Of a stretch of DNA of 64,000 nt, positions 1 to 11,503 are shown piece by piece. The DNA comes from Nageia nagi (Eukaryota > Plantae > Pinophyta). The notes beneath the pieces are model-generated. The model was given only the letters and a program-made list of their open reading frames with translations. It did no database searches and had not been told where the DNA came from. The position numbers and the translations under genes were made by a program. The stretch lies in assembly GCA_050084985.1 (NCBI GenBank), contig JBITNC010000001.1:149544001-149608000 (forward strand). Direction: 5' to 3'. Within the stretch, counting starts at the first letter, position 1; every line of letters starts with the position of its first letter.

Positions 1-112
1 TGCTTGAAGAAGTCTTGTTGCCACCACTTTTCAGATTCTTGAAAAAAATTAGGGGAAAGGTGTGTTTTCTTAATCTGCACCCTCTAAGTGAAAGATTTGA
101 GTCATTGATACA

Positions 113-385
113 CAAAATCGATAAACAGTTTACCTTGTATATTATTTGAAAAACATAATTTCTGTCTCACAATGAGCTTACAGGTTTAGTTTTTCTGTGA
201 AGTTGAATGGAAGCTGGTTTTAGCTCATCTGATATCTCAAAGTGGTAGTTTTTCCTCTTAGAAATGTTTATCAAAAAATCGATAAACGATTTTCCTTGAA
301 TATTATTTAAAAAACAGAGTTTCTGTATCACAATGAGCTTACAGGCTTTAGTTTTCCTGTCAAGTTGAATGGAAGCTGATTTTAT
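113..385. repeat. Imperfect direct duplication of a ~110-bp segment (period ~160 bp), intronic
   Basis: aaatcgataaac...tattattt..cacaatgagcttacagg..agttgaatggaagctg occurs at ~113 and ~272. Confidence 0.8.
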
Positions 386-1149
386 AAATATTTAACAAAT
401 TGAAATCTGTTCAATAAAGAAACTCCTTGCGACATAGCATCATATGAGTTGGTTGTGAGCAATGTCATGTAGTTCTCTTACCAAAATATATGAAGAACAC
501 ATTAAACAAGCTACCAGTTTATGGTTTAGAGCTTGCTAAATATGATCTGTCTTCGTTGATAGTCATGTAGCCCAAATTTCTTGTTTGTAACTATTAGATC
601 TCTAGTTAGAGACATAGACGTGTGCAATTCCTAAGATGAATTGCAATCTTCAGTCTGTAATTTAGCAATGGCCAATTCTTAGACATCAAATAGTTGGCAT
701 CTTGATTTTGAATTGGATACAACAACAGATCACGTATTTCTGGGAGTGCTTCAAAAACTACTTCTTCCCATTTGTACTTGTAGGCTCTTAATATAACATT
801 AGAAAAGAAAATATGAATTGATGATGTCTGAATAATTCCTGCTGGAATGAAACTAGTACAAGAGATATATATGATAATAGACCTTTGGATGTACCACAAG
901 GTTCACTTGCATTTTAAGCCTATGAACCTCCCGCAGGTAAACTACATGGTTAGGGACAATGCATCCATCGCTTAAGCTGCAACATCCCATATAACATGAC
1001 AAAGTACAAAGGCAGAAATACCATCGGTTTTGCGTTCAAATGCCTCACTTATTAGATCAATTTTATGTAGCTTGCACTTGAAAGTAATTGTTATTTCAAT
1101 GTATAATTTAGGTCATAATTGAATTATAGAATCTTTCAACATGTAGGGT

Positions 1150-2400
1150 AGTTTTCTAGGTTTGACCATTGATCGAGGGCTCCTTTCACAACCTAATTGG
1201 AGCAAAAGATATAATTTAATGGCTTGCAGACCCAAAGAATATGTCTGCAAGCAGTAAAAGCAAGATGTTCTAAATTGAAATCACTATACAACTTAAACAA
1301 GTTTTCTATGATAAACACATGTAGACACAAAAGGGCTCAGGTTCATAATAAGAAGAGCGTAATTGACTAGAAAGACACTCATTCTCAGGCTCTAAGGATC
1401 ATTACAACTGATACCTTGCAACAACTGCCCTAATTATAGTATTGCTTTGTTTTGACTAACAAGGATAATTAGCTGGACAGTTTAGAGGAATGGGAGAATT
1501 GTGATCAGTGTGCATGTTATAAATGGATAATGTACTTCTTAAGTTTTCAACAGATGCCAGAAATTGGGCCTCACTGATATATATTAAAGATTTTGAAGGG
1601 ACTATTTACAATTCATTTGACTGAATATTTACTTTGTGCAGACTGATGCATTTTAGGGTGATAATAACTATGCAACATAAGTGATACTTTCATAAAAATT
1701 TAGATTCTATACATCTTGCAGAACCTTAAAACAATTGCTTCATCAGGAACCCAGCTCATCAGAAATTACTAATGAGTAAGTTGAAAACATAGTCCTGTTT
1801 CACTGCCTAATTTACGTTTCCAAGAAAATGAATAAGCTTGATGAGTTTTAACAAAATAATGTCAAATCTTCAAGAACTGCATTTCTGACTTCGCCTTAAG
1901 ATGTTTGATAGATCTGCAAAATCAAATCATAAAGGTTGAAAACATTTTACAATGCGGTAGAATGGTAGGATAATAGCAGTGAGAAAGATAACTATTTTAG
2001 GCAGAGAACTTACAACTCACTATAGCATGTTGTAGTGCTCCCTGCATCTAGGTTTCTACCTACTCTGTCTAGAGATGTGTGTTTGTAATTTTCAAAAGAT
2101 GCAAATGTCTCATCTCTAAAGATAAATGTCAAAAAAAGTCCTTGTTATCTCTAGTGCCACTGGGAATGAGATCTTCTTACCAAATTATTAATTGGACCCT
2201 TGTGAGAACTTTGAAATTCTTGACAATTATGAGAATAAAATGGACGAGACAGAGGCACATGGCATCTGATGGAGGACAATCTTTACATATTTCTGAACAT
2301 CTTATTCAATGGAAGTGTTTTCCCTCAGTGGATGCTTTATGGGAAGAGAGAGTAAATAGTTTTTTTTAGTTTTCCTTAATATATTGTTTGGAACTCAAAC
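1150..2400 (+). mobile_element. Highly degenerate gypsy (chromovirus) pol remnant
   Basis: Near 2290-2350 reads SEHLIQWKCFPSVDALWEE, resembling an integrase chromodomain (YLIKWKxxPxxDATWE). Only weak upstream traces; boundaries uncertain. Confidence 0.35.
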
Positions 2401-3183
2401 ATTATTAAATAATGACAAAGGGCACATGTTGGGACTTTTCAAAATGTCCAGTTCTGTACCTTCTTATTTTCAAAACTTTTAAATCCCTTACATAAATTCA
2501 GATTTCAATTTTCTTTCTCAGTTTGTTTAGCTTTCAGCTGTAAAATAGCAGAATATATCAAAGGAGGTTGGGATTTTCCCTTTAAAAAGTTCAAAATTTT
2601 AGAAAGTGATGGATGCCCAAGGCAGCATTAAGTTATATTCATGGGAAATGTATGCCTTTGAATGGTAAATATATGAATATTCAAAGCTGTTTACGAATAG
2701 GAATGAACAAACAGTTTTAAGGGTATTTGTGATAGACACCTGTCCAAAATATTCACTTATAAAATTGAATATTCAAGTTGTATATTATAAAGAGTGTTAT
2801 TCATTAATTTCCCTGTACTGATAAAGGCATAAGCAGTCATTCTGAGAATTTCCTTTTTACTTAGCCTATGAAATTTAACTTGAATGGATTCTTGTCTTTT
2901 ATCAAGTTTTCCAACAATACTTATATTTGCAGTTTTATGTCCAATATGACTGGCAATACACTTTTGCTGATTCGTGCAAAATCTTTACGCGGAGAGGCAT
3001 CCTATAGCCACAGACAAAGGGGGACACAGAGAACTCAAATGTGTGTAACATAAACATGTTGGTTAAATATTAAAATTTCATTAAAAAAATTAATAGTCAG
3101 TTAAATTCAGAAAGAATGAAAACATAATATATAAAACTATATAAATACAAAATGCTAAGAACAAATTGTGCAAGATAGCTCGC

Positions 3184-3358
3184 CTTAGAATAAACTAGCT
3201 TAGATATCTTGGATATATATCTAGAAACGTCGAGTATCAATGTCGAGGTACCTTTCTTGGAAATTGCACTTCCAATAAATGAGATAGACGTCTCGATATT
3301 GATACCTCTCAGTGTTTTTTAGATATATATCTAAGATATCTAAGCTAGTTTATTTAAG
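3184..3358. mobile_element. Fold-back (MITE-like) element, near-perfect 175-bp hairpin
   Basis: aataaactagcttagatatcttggatatatatcta is inverted at ~3320-3354. Inner arms gtatcaatgtcgag/ctcgatattgatac and ttggaa/ttccaa also pair. Confidence 0.75.
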
Positions 3359-3522
3359 ATTTGAATGTCAGGAAGTACAAATGCATACCATAGAATATCA
3401 TCTTCAACATTCCTGCCCCACAAACTCCTGTTCTTCTTTTATGCCTGTTTGATATTTCGTTTCTTAAAGATTGTTGTCCAATTGGAATGTTCTCTGGCTC
3501 ATATTCAATCTGATGTAAACAG

Positions 3523-3764
3523 GATTTTGAGTTGCAAACTTACAGTCCATCTGCTTCAAAGACCAGCAAGACAGTCACTTGTGATAGTGATCTCTGTGAT
3601 CTACGACAAACATGCTCAAAATCTAGTGATCAATGCCCATACAAGATTTCCTATGTTTCTGAAAATACATCAAGTTCAGGATCTTTGGTAGAGGATGTTC
3701 TTTATTTGATTCCTGGGGATAACATGGAAAATGAAAAGGTGGTGCAGGCACCGATCACATTTGG
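3523..3764 (+). CDS. APF1: Aspartic protease (A1B, APF1-like), first exon visible in window (DFELQTYSP...VQAPITFG)
   Basis: AG acceptor 3521-3522, GT donor 3765. Translation DFELQTYSPSASKTSKTVTCDSDLC..CPYKISYVSENTSSSGSLVEDVLYL matches the TAXi_N region of plant APF1/At4g35880-type proteases (from memory). Upstream exons with the first DTG motif not found in window. Confidence 0.93.
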
Positions 3765-3808
3765 GTATGATGCGTTTCTTACTGCTGTGAATGGATATGT
3801 TTTTGTTC

Positions 3809-3985
3809 TGAATTGATCATGAAATCATTTTTGTCTTTGTTTTCTTGTAGAGAATCCAACTTCACCGAGTTCATAATTTGTTTTCTTCCTCTGAATTGAT
3901 CATGAGATCATTTTTCTATTTCTGTTGTTTTTTTTTTAATGTGGAGAATCCAACTTCACAGAGCTCATAATTTGTTTTCTTCCTT
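3809..3985. repeat. Tandem duplication of an ~85-bp unit in a short intron
   Basis: tgaattgatcatga..atcatttt...gagaatccaacttcac.gag.tcataatttgttttcttcc occurs twice. Confidence 0.8.
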
Positions 3986-4116
3986 CTCAGACTAAATTCT
4001 GATACATGTGATGTTTTCTCCTTGGCATAGCAGTCTAAGGACATGTTGAATCTGTATGATTTATGCCAATGAATGACCGCTTATGTGATGTGGTTTTGGC
4101 TTACTTTACCGGACAG

Positions 4117-4344
4117 GTGTGGAAAGACACAAACAGGTTCATTTCTAGAAGGTGCTGCGCCAGATGGTCTTCTTGGGCTTGGGATAGAACCTGTAAGCGT
4201 ACCTACTGTTTTATCAAGCAAGGGCTTTATACAAAATTCTTTCTCCATGTGTTTTCCTAGTAATGGGAGTATTGGAAGGTTCACATTTGGAGACAAAGGA
4301 AGTTCAGACCAAAATCAAACATCTTTTATTATTGAACCAAAACA
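4117..4344 (+). CDS. APF1: Aspartic protease exon (CGKTQTGSFLEGAAPDGLLGLG...FSMCF...FGDKG)
   Basis: cag|G at 4116/4117, donor gtgagt at 4345. Phase joins the previous exon (GG+G = Gly). Conserved GCG, DGLLGLG and SFSMCF motifs. Confidence 0.95.
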
Positions 4345-4483
4345 GTGAGTGTCAACCTTGTTGTGCCTATGCAACCTGCAACAAGCTCTAAGACTGCAAA
4401 TTCTTTTTATAATGTTGTAATGACATATTTTCTTTTATCAAACACAAGCTTCAAATTCTGACAAGGGGATTATTGCATCGCAG

Positions 4484-4619
4484 TCCAACATACTACATTG
4501 GTGTGCAAGAATTTTATGTGGGGGGAAAACTTGTCCAAACACCATTTAAAGCCCTTTTTGACAGCGGCACTTCATTTACATACTTGGCTGATCCAGCATA
4601 CAAAGATCTTACTAGTAAT
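4484..4619 (+). CDS. APF1: Aspartic protease exon with second catalytic motif (ALFDSGTSFTYL)
   Basis: cag|T at 4483/4484, donor gtgagc at 4620. DSGT catalytic Asp intact. Confidence 0.95.
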
Positions 4620-4703
4620 GTGAGCCACTGGAATCATCTTTTGTTCTTATTAAATGCATCCTTTAAGTACTTATCCAATCAATTTCCATTTCGAATGTAA
4701 CAG

Positions 4704-4774
4704 TTTCACCTACAAACACAAGATGCTCCGTTGACAGTAGCAGACAGTCCTTTTGAGTATTGTTATCAAGTTGG
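4704..4774 (+). CDS. APF1: Aspartic protease exon (FHLQTQDAPLTVADSPFEYCYQVG)
   Basis: cag|TTT acceptor, gtgagt donor at 4775. PFEYCY motif typical of the family. Confidence 0.9.
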
Positions 4775-4869
4775 GTGAGTAAAAATAATGCGAAACTTCT
4801 CAATTTTTAGAAACGTTTTTGGAACTATCATTCACAGAAAAATTAATATCCTTGGTGCTAGCTGTCCAG

Positions 4870-4969
4870 GGCCAATGAAAGTATTAGCAGAGCACGTGAG
4901 ATCTCTTTGGTTTTCAATGGAGGAAAGAGCTTTCCTATTATTCAACCGCTAATATTTTTTCGCGATCCA
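4870..4969 (+). CDS. APF1: Aspartic protease exon (ANESISRAREISLVFNGGKSFPIIQPLIFFRDP)
   Basis: ccag|G acceptor, gtaagt donor at 4970. Frame consistent with both flanking exons. Confidence 0.88.
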
Positions 4970-5057
4970 GTAAGTTGAAGTTGTATCAAAATCTATGTGA
5001 ACTGTTCTCGTACTATTTGATCCATTGAAGCATTCTTATTCATTCTTATTCTGGCAG

Positions 5058-5124
5058 GATACCAAGAGGCTAATAGGTTATTGTCTAGCAGTGATTCAAA
5101 GCTCAAGTATCACAATTATTGGTC
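5058..5124 (+). CDS. APF1: Aspartic protease exon (DTKRLIGYCLAVIQSSSITIIG)
   Basis: gcag|GAT acceptor, gtaagt donor at 5125. YCLAV...IIG motif. Ends in phase 1 (C). Confidence 0.92.
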
Positions 5125-6929
5125 GTAAGTTCGTATAACCAGGGCTATTTTGATTCTTATGAAAAATTAATTGTATTTTTCTTTTCTTGCCATTCTTTAT
5201 TTTCTTCTTAGAAAAGGAAGAATTTGCAAACATGAGGTCTTCAGTAATTGTTTGTTAACTTTATAGAGAGCCATCTTCAGACAAGCATAGATTCTTCTCT
5301 TGGTTTGCGTAGTATGGATGCGCTACCGGCTCTATATAGCATGAAGTCTTTTGCTTGATGCAATGATGCTTTTTTAGAGTAGTTATGGAAGTTCGAATCT
5401 GAAGTCAACACATTTTCTCTTACTGCATTTACCAAAGTTGCTGGTCTTTGTTTTATTACTATTCTTGCCAAAGTTCTGACTAGCGATTTGTAGTTTCCAT
5501 TGGCAAAAAATTCTTTTTTGCTTCCATCTTTCTCTCCTTTTTGCCACCTCTTGCTGCATTGGATGGTGCTTGGATTTAAAGAGCTGTAATGGAGTACTCG
5601 TGGTCAGCTAGGTCCTGGCAGGACCTGTTAATGAGGTCGGATGCTGCTACTGAAATCCTTGAACTTGACCCTTGAAATGAGGATGGCACTTTATGCTTGC
5701 ACATCCTGAAATCCATAATAGAGCAGATGATTGCTCGAGGAAATTGTTGGTTAGTAAATTTTTGGATTCATGACTGAATATTGATCTGGTACGGAGATGG
5801 TTGAAGCAAAAATGATCCCTCAGGGATCAGGCAGAAATAATTATGATGTCAAATAACTATATGCTCTTCAAATTTACCTGTGAAGAAAATCTCAGGAATG
5901 TGCTAGCTGGGGGACCTTGGTTCTTCAACAAATGTGGCTTGTTTTTGGATCGTTGGCACCCTGGCTTCAATCCGTTCAAAGATCAGATTGTTTGTGCTCC
6001 TGTATGGGTCAATCTTCCTGCTTTGCCATATGAATTATGGCATCCCAGGTCATTGGAGGCATAGCGAAGTCAATTGGAAAATTGATTTCCATGGATGTGG
6101 TAACTGAAGCCTGCTCCTGACTGATAGCATCACGTTTTTGTGTCATGACAGATTATTCTTAGCTGCTCCTAAAGTCAATAAAGCTTAAGTTAGAACTTGG
6201 TGTATGAAACCAGAGCATCACCTATGAAAATGCGAGGTTCATCTGTAACATTTGTGGTAATGGTGGCCCTAATTCGAAGAATTACCCAAATAGCCTGTGG
6301 ACACAAGTTAGTAAAAGAATATGTATGGCAACCTGAAGCACAAACATAAAAGGAAACTATTTTGGAGAAACATAAGGAAGAGACACAAACTGAACTAGTA
6401 AATTAGAATGAAACAAGGATAGAGGACTTAGAGGAAGGTGAAATTCCTAAGAAGGATAATTATGAAGCAAAAAAGGTAGAAGACACCATGCCCATTGTTG
6501 ATAAGTTGCTTGAGGACAGTGGGGATGATTTGATTAAGGAAGAACATAACCCTTAGGAGGAAGGAAATGAGGCTCAAGTGCAGTAGGGAGAAATGGTGGA
6601 AGGTGCCATGTAGGTGTATTAGGGAACTGACCAGAGCGAGCTAAATTGTTCAAAACAATTTATCAAAGTTATGCAAAGTGCAAGGAAGACCATTGACATG
6701 AGCAAAGATTCAAGAGGGCACCTAGGAGCCGCCACAAAAAGAAACATTGCAAACATGACACAAAATACATTGGATCTAAATGGGGATGGAGCAACCCCGA
6801 GAATATTGAGAAAATGAAGATACTTCCCTAGAGTGTAATAGGGGTCAAGGCTCATGACCCCAATATAATTGGTAGGAGGTGAAGTCAATATTTAAATCTC
6901 CAATGTTCCACATCGGAGTAGTGAGTGCA

Positions 6930-7190
6930 TGCTGTTCTATTGATAGATGTACTGTTTTTCTATTATTAGACGTATTGTTGTTCTATTAATAGATGTGCAA
7001 TTGTTCTATTAATAGATGTACAATTGTTCTATTATTAGATGTATTGTTGTTCTTTTAATAGATGCACTATTAATAGATGTATGGTTGTTTTATTATTAGA
7101 TGTACAACTATGCTATTATTCAAAGAACTGTTGTTCTATTAATAGATGCACTATTAATATATGTACATCTGTTCTATTATTAGAGGTGTT
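6930..7190. repeat. ~22-bp minisatellite (tgttctattaatagatgtac-like) within copia 5' LTR
   Basis: About 10 degenerate units. Fewer units in the 3' LTR (10030-10073 plus 18595-18700). Confidence 0.8.
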
Positions 7191-10100
7191 ATAAATAAAC
7201 ACTTTAATAATAAACACTATCTTTAGATAGGCTACTTTGTTTTCTATGAAAAGGGAATGATCCATTGAAGTTGATAGAGGGTAAGAAAAGTGTAATGTTT
7301 TTTGAGATAAATAAAATATCGAAGCTGCCTTTTACCTTGTGGTTTTTCTCAGCATACCACAAGGTTTTCCACATCAAACTACTATGTTATTTTTGGTTAA
7401 TATTTTTTCTATTTTTTGTCACAATTTGCTTGTTGAGTTCTAATAGTTAGTACTAGAGCTAGGTTCTCTTGAAACACATTTAGAGTTTTGTATGAGTGGG
7501 AGTTATAACAATGCCAAGAGTTTTAACCAAGTTCAAGATTGAGAAGTTTGATGGCAATAACTTTGCCCTATGGAGGATGAAGGTGGAGGATTTGTTGGTT
7601 CAAAATGATCAAGCCCTAGCCTTGAAAGGGGTCGCAAATAAATTGAGTAGCATGACAAATGAGGAGTGGGCAAACTTGGATAGAAATATAGTTTCTACAA
7701 TTCGACTTTGTCTAGTAGATTTTGTCTTGTTCAATATTGTTGAAGAGAAGTCCATGTAAAGCCCTTTGGGAGAATCTTGAGAACTTGTATGAGCCTAAAA
7801 CAACAACAAATAAGGATTTCCTGAAAAAACAACTTTATAGTTTGAAGATGTAGGAGGGCTTGACTATGGTAGATCATCTAAATGAGTTCAATAACTTAAT
7901 CAATAAACTAGTTTCTGTTAATGTGAAGATGGATGATGAGGATAGAACAATCACTCTACTTTGATCCCTCTTCAACACCTGGGATCATTTGGTGATGATC
8001 ATCAACAATGCATCAACAAGAACTCTAAATATTGATGATGTGGTAGTCTCTATGTTGAGGTGGAAATTGTCTTTGGAACCCTCTACCAATTAAGCCCTAG
8101 CTATCTGAGTCAAAAGGAGAAAGGGAAGTGTTGGCATTGCGGGAAGCCAAGAAACCTGGAAAGAAACGGTTGGCATCTAAAGAGGGAACAAAATGGTGAA
8201 AAGCAGTATCAACCATTAGCTGAGGCTAGTACAAAATAAGAGATAGTAACATGTGAGCGTTTTTGTATTAGCAACAACATATATGTTTTAAATACTTGCT
8301 TTTTGAACTCAGGTGCATCTTTCCACATGCTTCTATATAGAGATTGGTTTGTCAAATATCAATCCTATAGTGGCAAAGTAGTCTACTTGATTGATAATCA
8401 TCCTTTAGAAATTGTGGTAAGAGGGGACGCTAGGATTAGGCTAGATGATGGTAGAGAAAGGATGTTGTGTGATGTACAACATGTGCTTGGTTTGTGGAAG
8501 AATTTGCTTTTCATCAAGATGATGGATAAGCTTGGGTATCATACCACTTTTCATAATAATTATTGGAGAATTATAAAAGGAGACCTAGTGGTAGCAAAAG
8601 GAGAATCTTATGGGATCCCATATCATTTGTGTGGCGATACAATGACAAACCATGCAGTAGGAACAACTTCTGGTAATGTTTAGGATGCAGTGATGTTTTC
8701 AAGGATTAAGTCCTGCAATCTAGACTTGTGTGAGCATTGTATTCTTGGTAAACAAAAGAGAGTTCAATTTACTATATGCATTGGTAAAAGTTGTGTTTTT
8801 CTTGGTTATGGACATACAATAAAGGGGAATAGATTGTGGGTTCCTACTATCCACAATGTAATTATTAGTCAGGATGTTACTGTTAATGAAAAAATCATAC
8901 AAAGGATGGAGAAAAAATAGACACCTTAAGTTGTGCTTGTTGAAGCAAATATGAACAAGGATGATCATGAATATAAAGCTTGCTTGGTGGGAAAAGCTTA
9001 TGTACAAAAGTTAGGTATAGACTTTAATGAAATATTTTCACCAATTTTAAAGCTAAATATTATTAGAGTTTTACTTGTAGCACAAAATCTAAAGTTGAAG
9101 CAACTTGATGTGGAAATTGCTTTATTTCGTGGTGATCTTGAGGAAGAGACTTTTATGGATCAACCTAGGGCCATGAAGAAAGAGGCAAAGAGAATTTATT
9201 TTGTAGACTCAAGAGATCTTTGTATGTTTTGAAACAGGTGCCAAGAATGTGGTACAACAAATTTGGCATATTCTTGAAGAGCCAAAGTTTCAGTAGAAGT
9301 GAAGCTAACCATTTTGCATATTATAAGAGGTTTGATGATGGTAGTTTCATTATTTTGTTGTATGTTGATGAAATGCTAGTTGTAGGCCCTAACTTGAAGA
9401 AAATCAATGATCTCAAGGCTTGGTTGTCTAGGACAGTTGATATGAAGGATTTAGGAGCAACAAACTTAATTTTGGGGATGAGGATACACAAGGACAAAAT
9501 AGGAAAGAAGATCTAGTTAAGTCAAAAGTCATATGAAGAAAATATTCTACAACACTTCAACATGCAGAATGCAAAACTGGTTACTACCCCACTCCCTCCA
9601 CATATCAGATTGTCTTATAAAAAGAGTCCTAGTACAGATACAAAGAAGTCAAGGATGTCTCATGTATCAATCTCATTGGTAGTAGCAAGCGTCATTTTCA
9701 CCATGGTGAGCACCAAACCAGACATCATCCAAGCAGTGGGAGTTGTCAACCAGTTGATAGCGAATCTTGGTAGGGACCATTGGATTGCAACGAAGTGGAT
9801 ATTCAGATACTTAAGGGGCACTTTGGATGTTTCTATTTTCTATGGAGAGAAGTTTGATTGGTGCATAACTTCTCTAGACTTGTATAAAACATAATGAAGA
9901 CAACATTGGGGAATTGGCACTTGATGCGAAACATAGGCAAAGAATTCTTGAATATCAACTTCAAGTGGGAGAATGTTAAGAGATGAAGTCAATATCCATA
10001 TCTCCAATGTGCTACAACAGAGTAGTGCATGATGTTCTATTAATAGATGTACTGTTTTATTATTAGATGTATTTGTCGTGACTAAAATACAACATGCCCC

Positions 10101-10380
10101 AAAATCCAACGATTTTGGGGACCCTCAACGCCCCACGTAAATACTTAGTCATGTAGTAGTCTTCCCCAACCCAGGTGATGTCAAAAACCTGAATTCAAAG
10201 ACAATCCTCTCAAGTTCAAGCCTCATCCTTCATCCAGAGTTAGTCATACCATGCTCAAATCTGAAACTTCTTCGAAAAATGGCTAAATTAGGAAACTAGA
10301 AGTTGGCCTTAGGCGAACTAGGGAAGTCCGGGATGAGTCAGAACGAAGTCAAGTTGAACTAGGCATCTCCAAGGGCTGGT

Positions 10381-11336
10381 GCATGATTCAAAAAGACAAA
10401 ATCTTGTCTTTTTGAACTATGCGATGGGACTTGGAGGCTGTCCAGGCTGGAAGGGAAAGATGAAATCCACTCTGGGTCACTTTCAAGCCCAGCGCATGCC
10501 TTAAGGAGACAAAATCTTGACTTTTTGAAGCATGCGCCAAGGACAAGTAGCAGACTGAACCAAGATGAAGATCGAAAAGACTAAGGCAGGGACACTTCAA
10601 GGCTGGTGCATGATTTCAAAAGACAAAATCTTTTCTTTTTGAATCGTGTGACCAGATTAGGAGTGGCAACTGGATGAGTTCGAAGGGTGGAAAGCGAGTC
10701 TCAAGCACTCAGGAGGTTGGCGCATGCCTCAAAAAGGCACCATCTTATCTTTTTGAACCATGCAACCAGCTCAGGAAGGTAGGTAAGTTAGTCAAACAGG
10801 GAAAAATGATCAAGGCATGAAGCCAAGAAACCCAAGGTCAAGTCCAGCATACCCAGGAGGGCTGGCGCATGATTCCAAAAGACACAATTTTGACTTTTTA
10901 AAATCATGGCTAGGCCTAGGAGGCCTCCAGAATTGAACAAAAGTGAAAAATTTGTCAAAGGCACAAGGGAAAAGCATCAAAGAATGAAAATCAGGCTATT
11001 TGGAGGCTTGTGCATGATTCAAAAAGACTCAATCTTGCCTTTTTGAACTAGGCGACCAAGCTAGACGGGCAGGAGAGGTTGGCGCATGCCTCTAAAAAAA
11101 AATGACTTTTGGAATCATGCGCCAGGTTTGAGGAGAGCCCAGGTTGAGGTAAAAGATCAAATTTAGCAAGTCTGGGCTCCAACAAGGCCAAAAATTAGGA
11201 AGGATCAGGCCATAGGGCGAGTTCATGGTCAAGATAAGCAAGAAAACGAGCAGAAAGTGCCAATGTTGGGAACATGCACACCCCTAAGGCTGGTGCATGG
11301 TTCAAAAAGACACAATTTTGTCTTTTTTTTATCATG
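10381..11336. repeat. Array of eight ~42-bp palindromes (GCATGRTTCAAAAAGACA-aaatct-TGTCTTTTTGAAYCATGC) with non-repetitive spacers
   Basis: Cores start at 10381, 10494, 10608, 10722, 10867, 11012, 11084 and 11295. Confidence 0.9.
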
Positions 11337-11496
11337 CGCTAAGCTAGGATGAGCCTTAAAACCCTAACGTCCAATCTCATGCAGCTTGACATGAAATTTT
11401 GCACCGACACACATCTCGAGGTCGGCCAAATTGAGGGATGAGATCAAATTTGCTACTAACCCTCGCCAACTAGGGTTAACTAGGAGTCAATTTGGC

Positions 11497-11503
11497 TATA
11501 AAT
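11497..11503 (+). promoter_or_regulatory. Putative TATA box of the solo LTR
   Basis: ggcTATAAATac ~95 bp upstream of the ATG at 11594 and downstream of the palindrome array. Confidence 0.55.

Noticed and set aside
606-3053. Short ORFs as upstream exons of the protease
   Set aside because: None contains the expected signal peptide or LDTGS motif; treated as intron.
10381-11336. CRISPR-like look of palindromic repeats with unique spacers
   Set aside because: Eukaryotic TE context, no cas genes, spacer lengths range from ~30 to ~170 bp, and the spacers are homologous between the two LTR copies.
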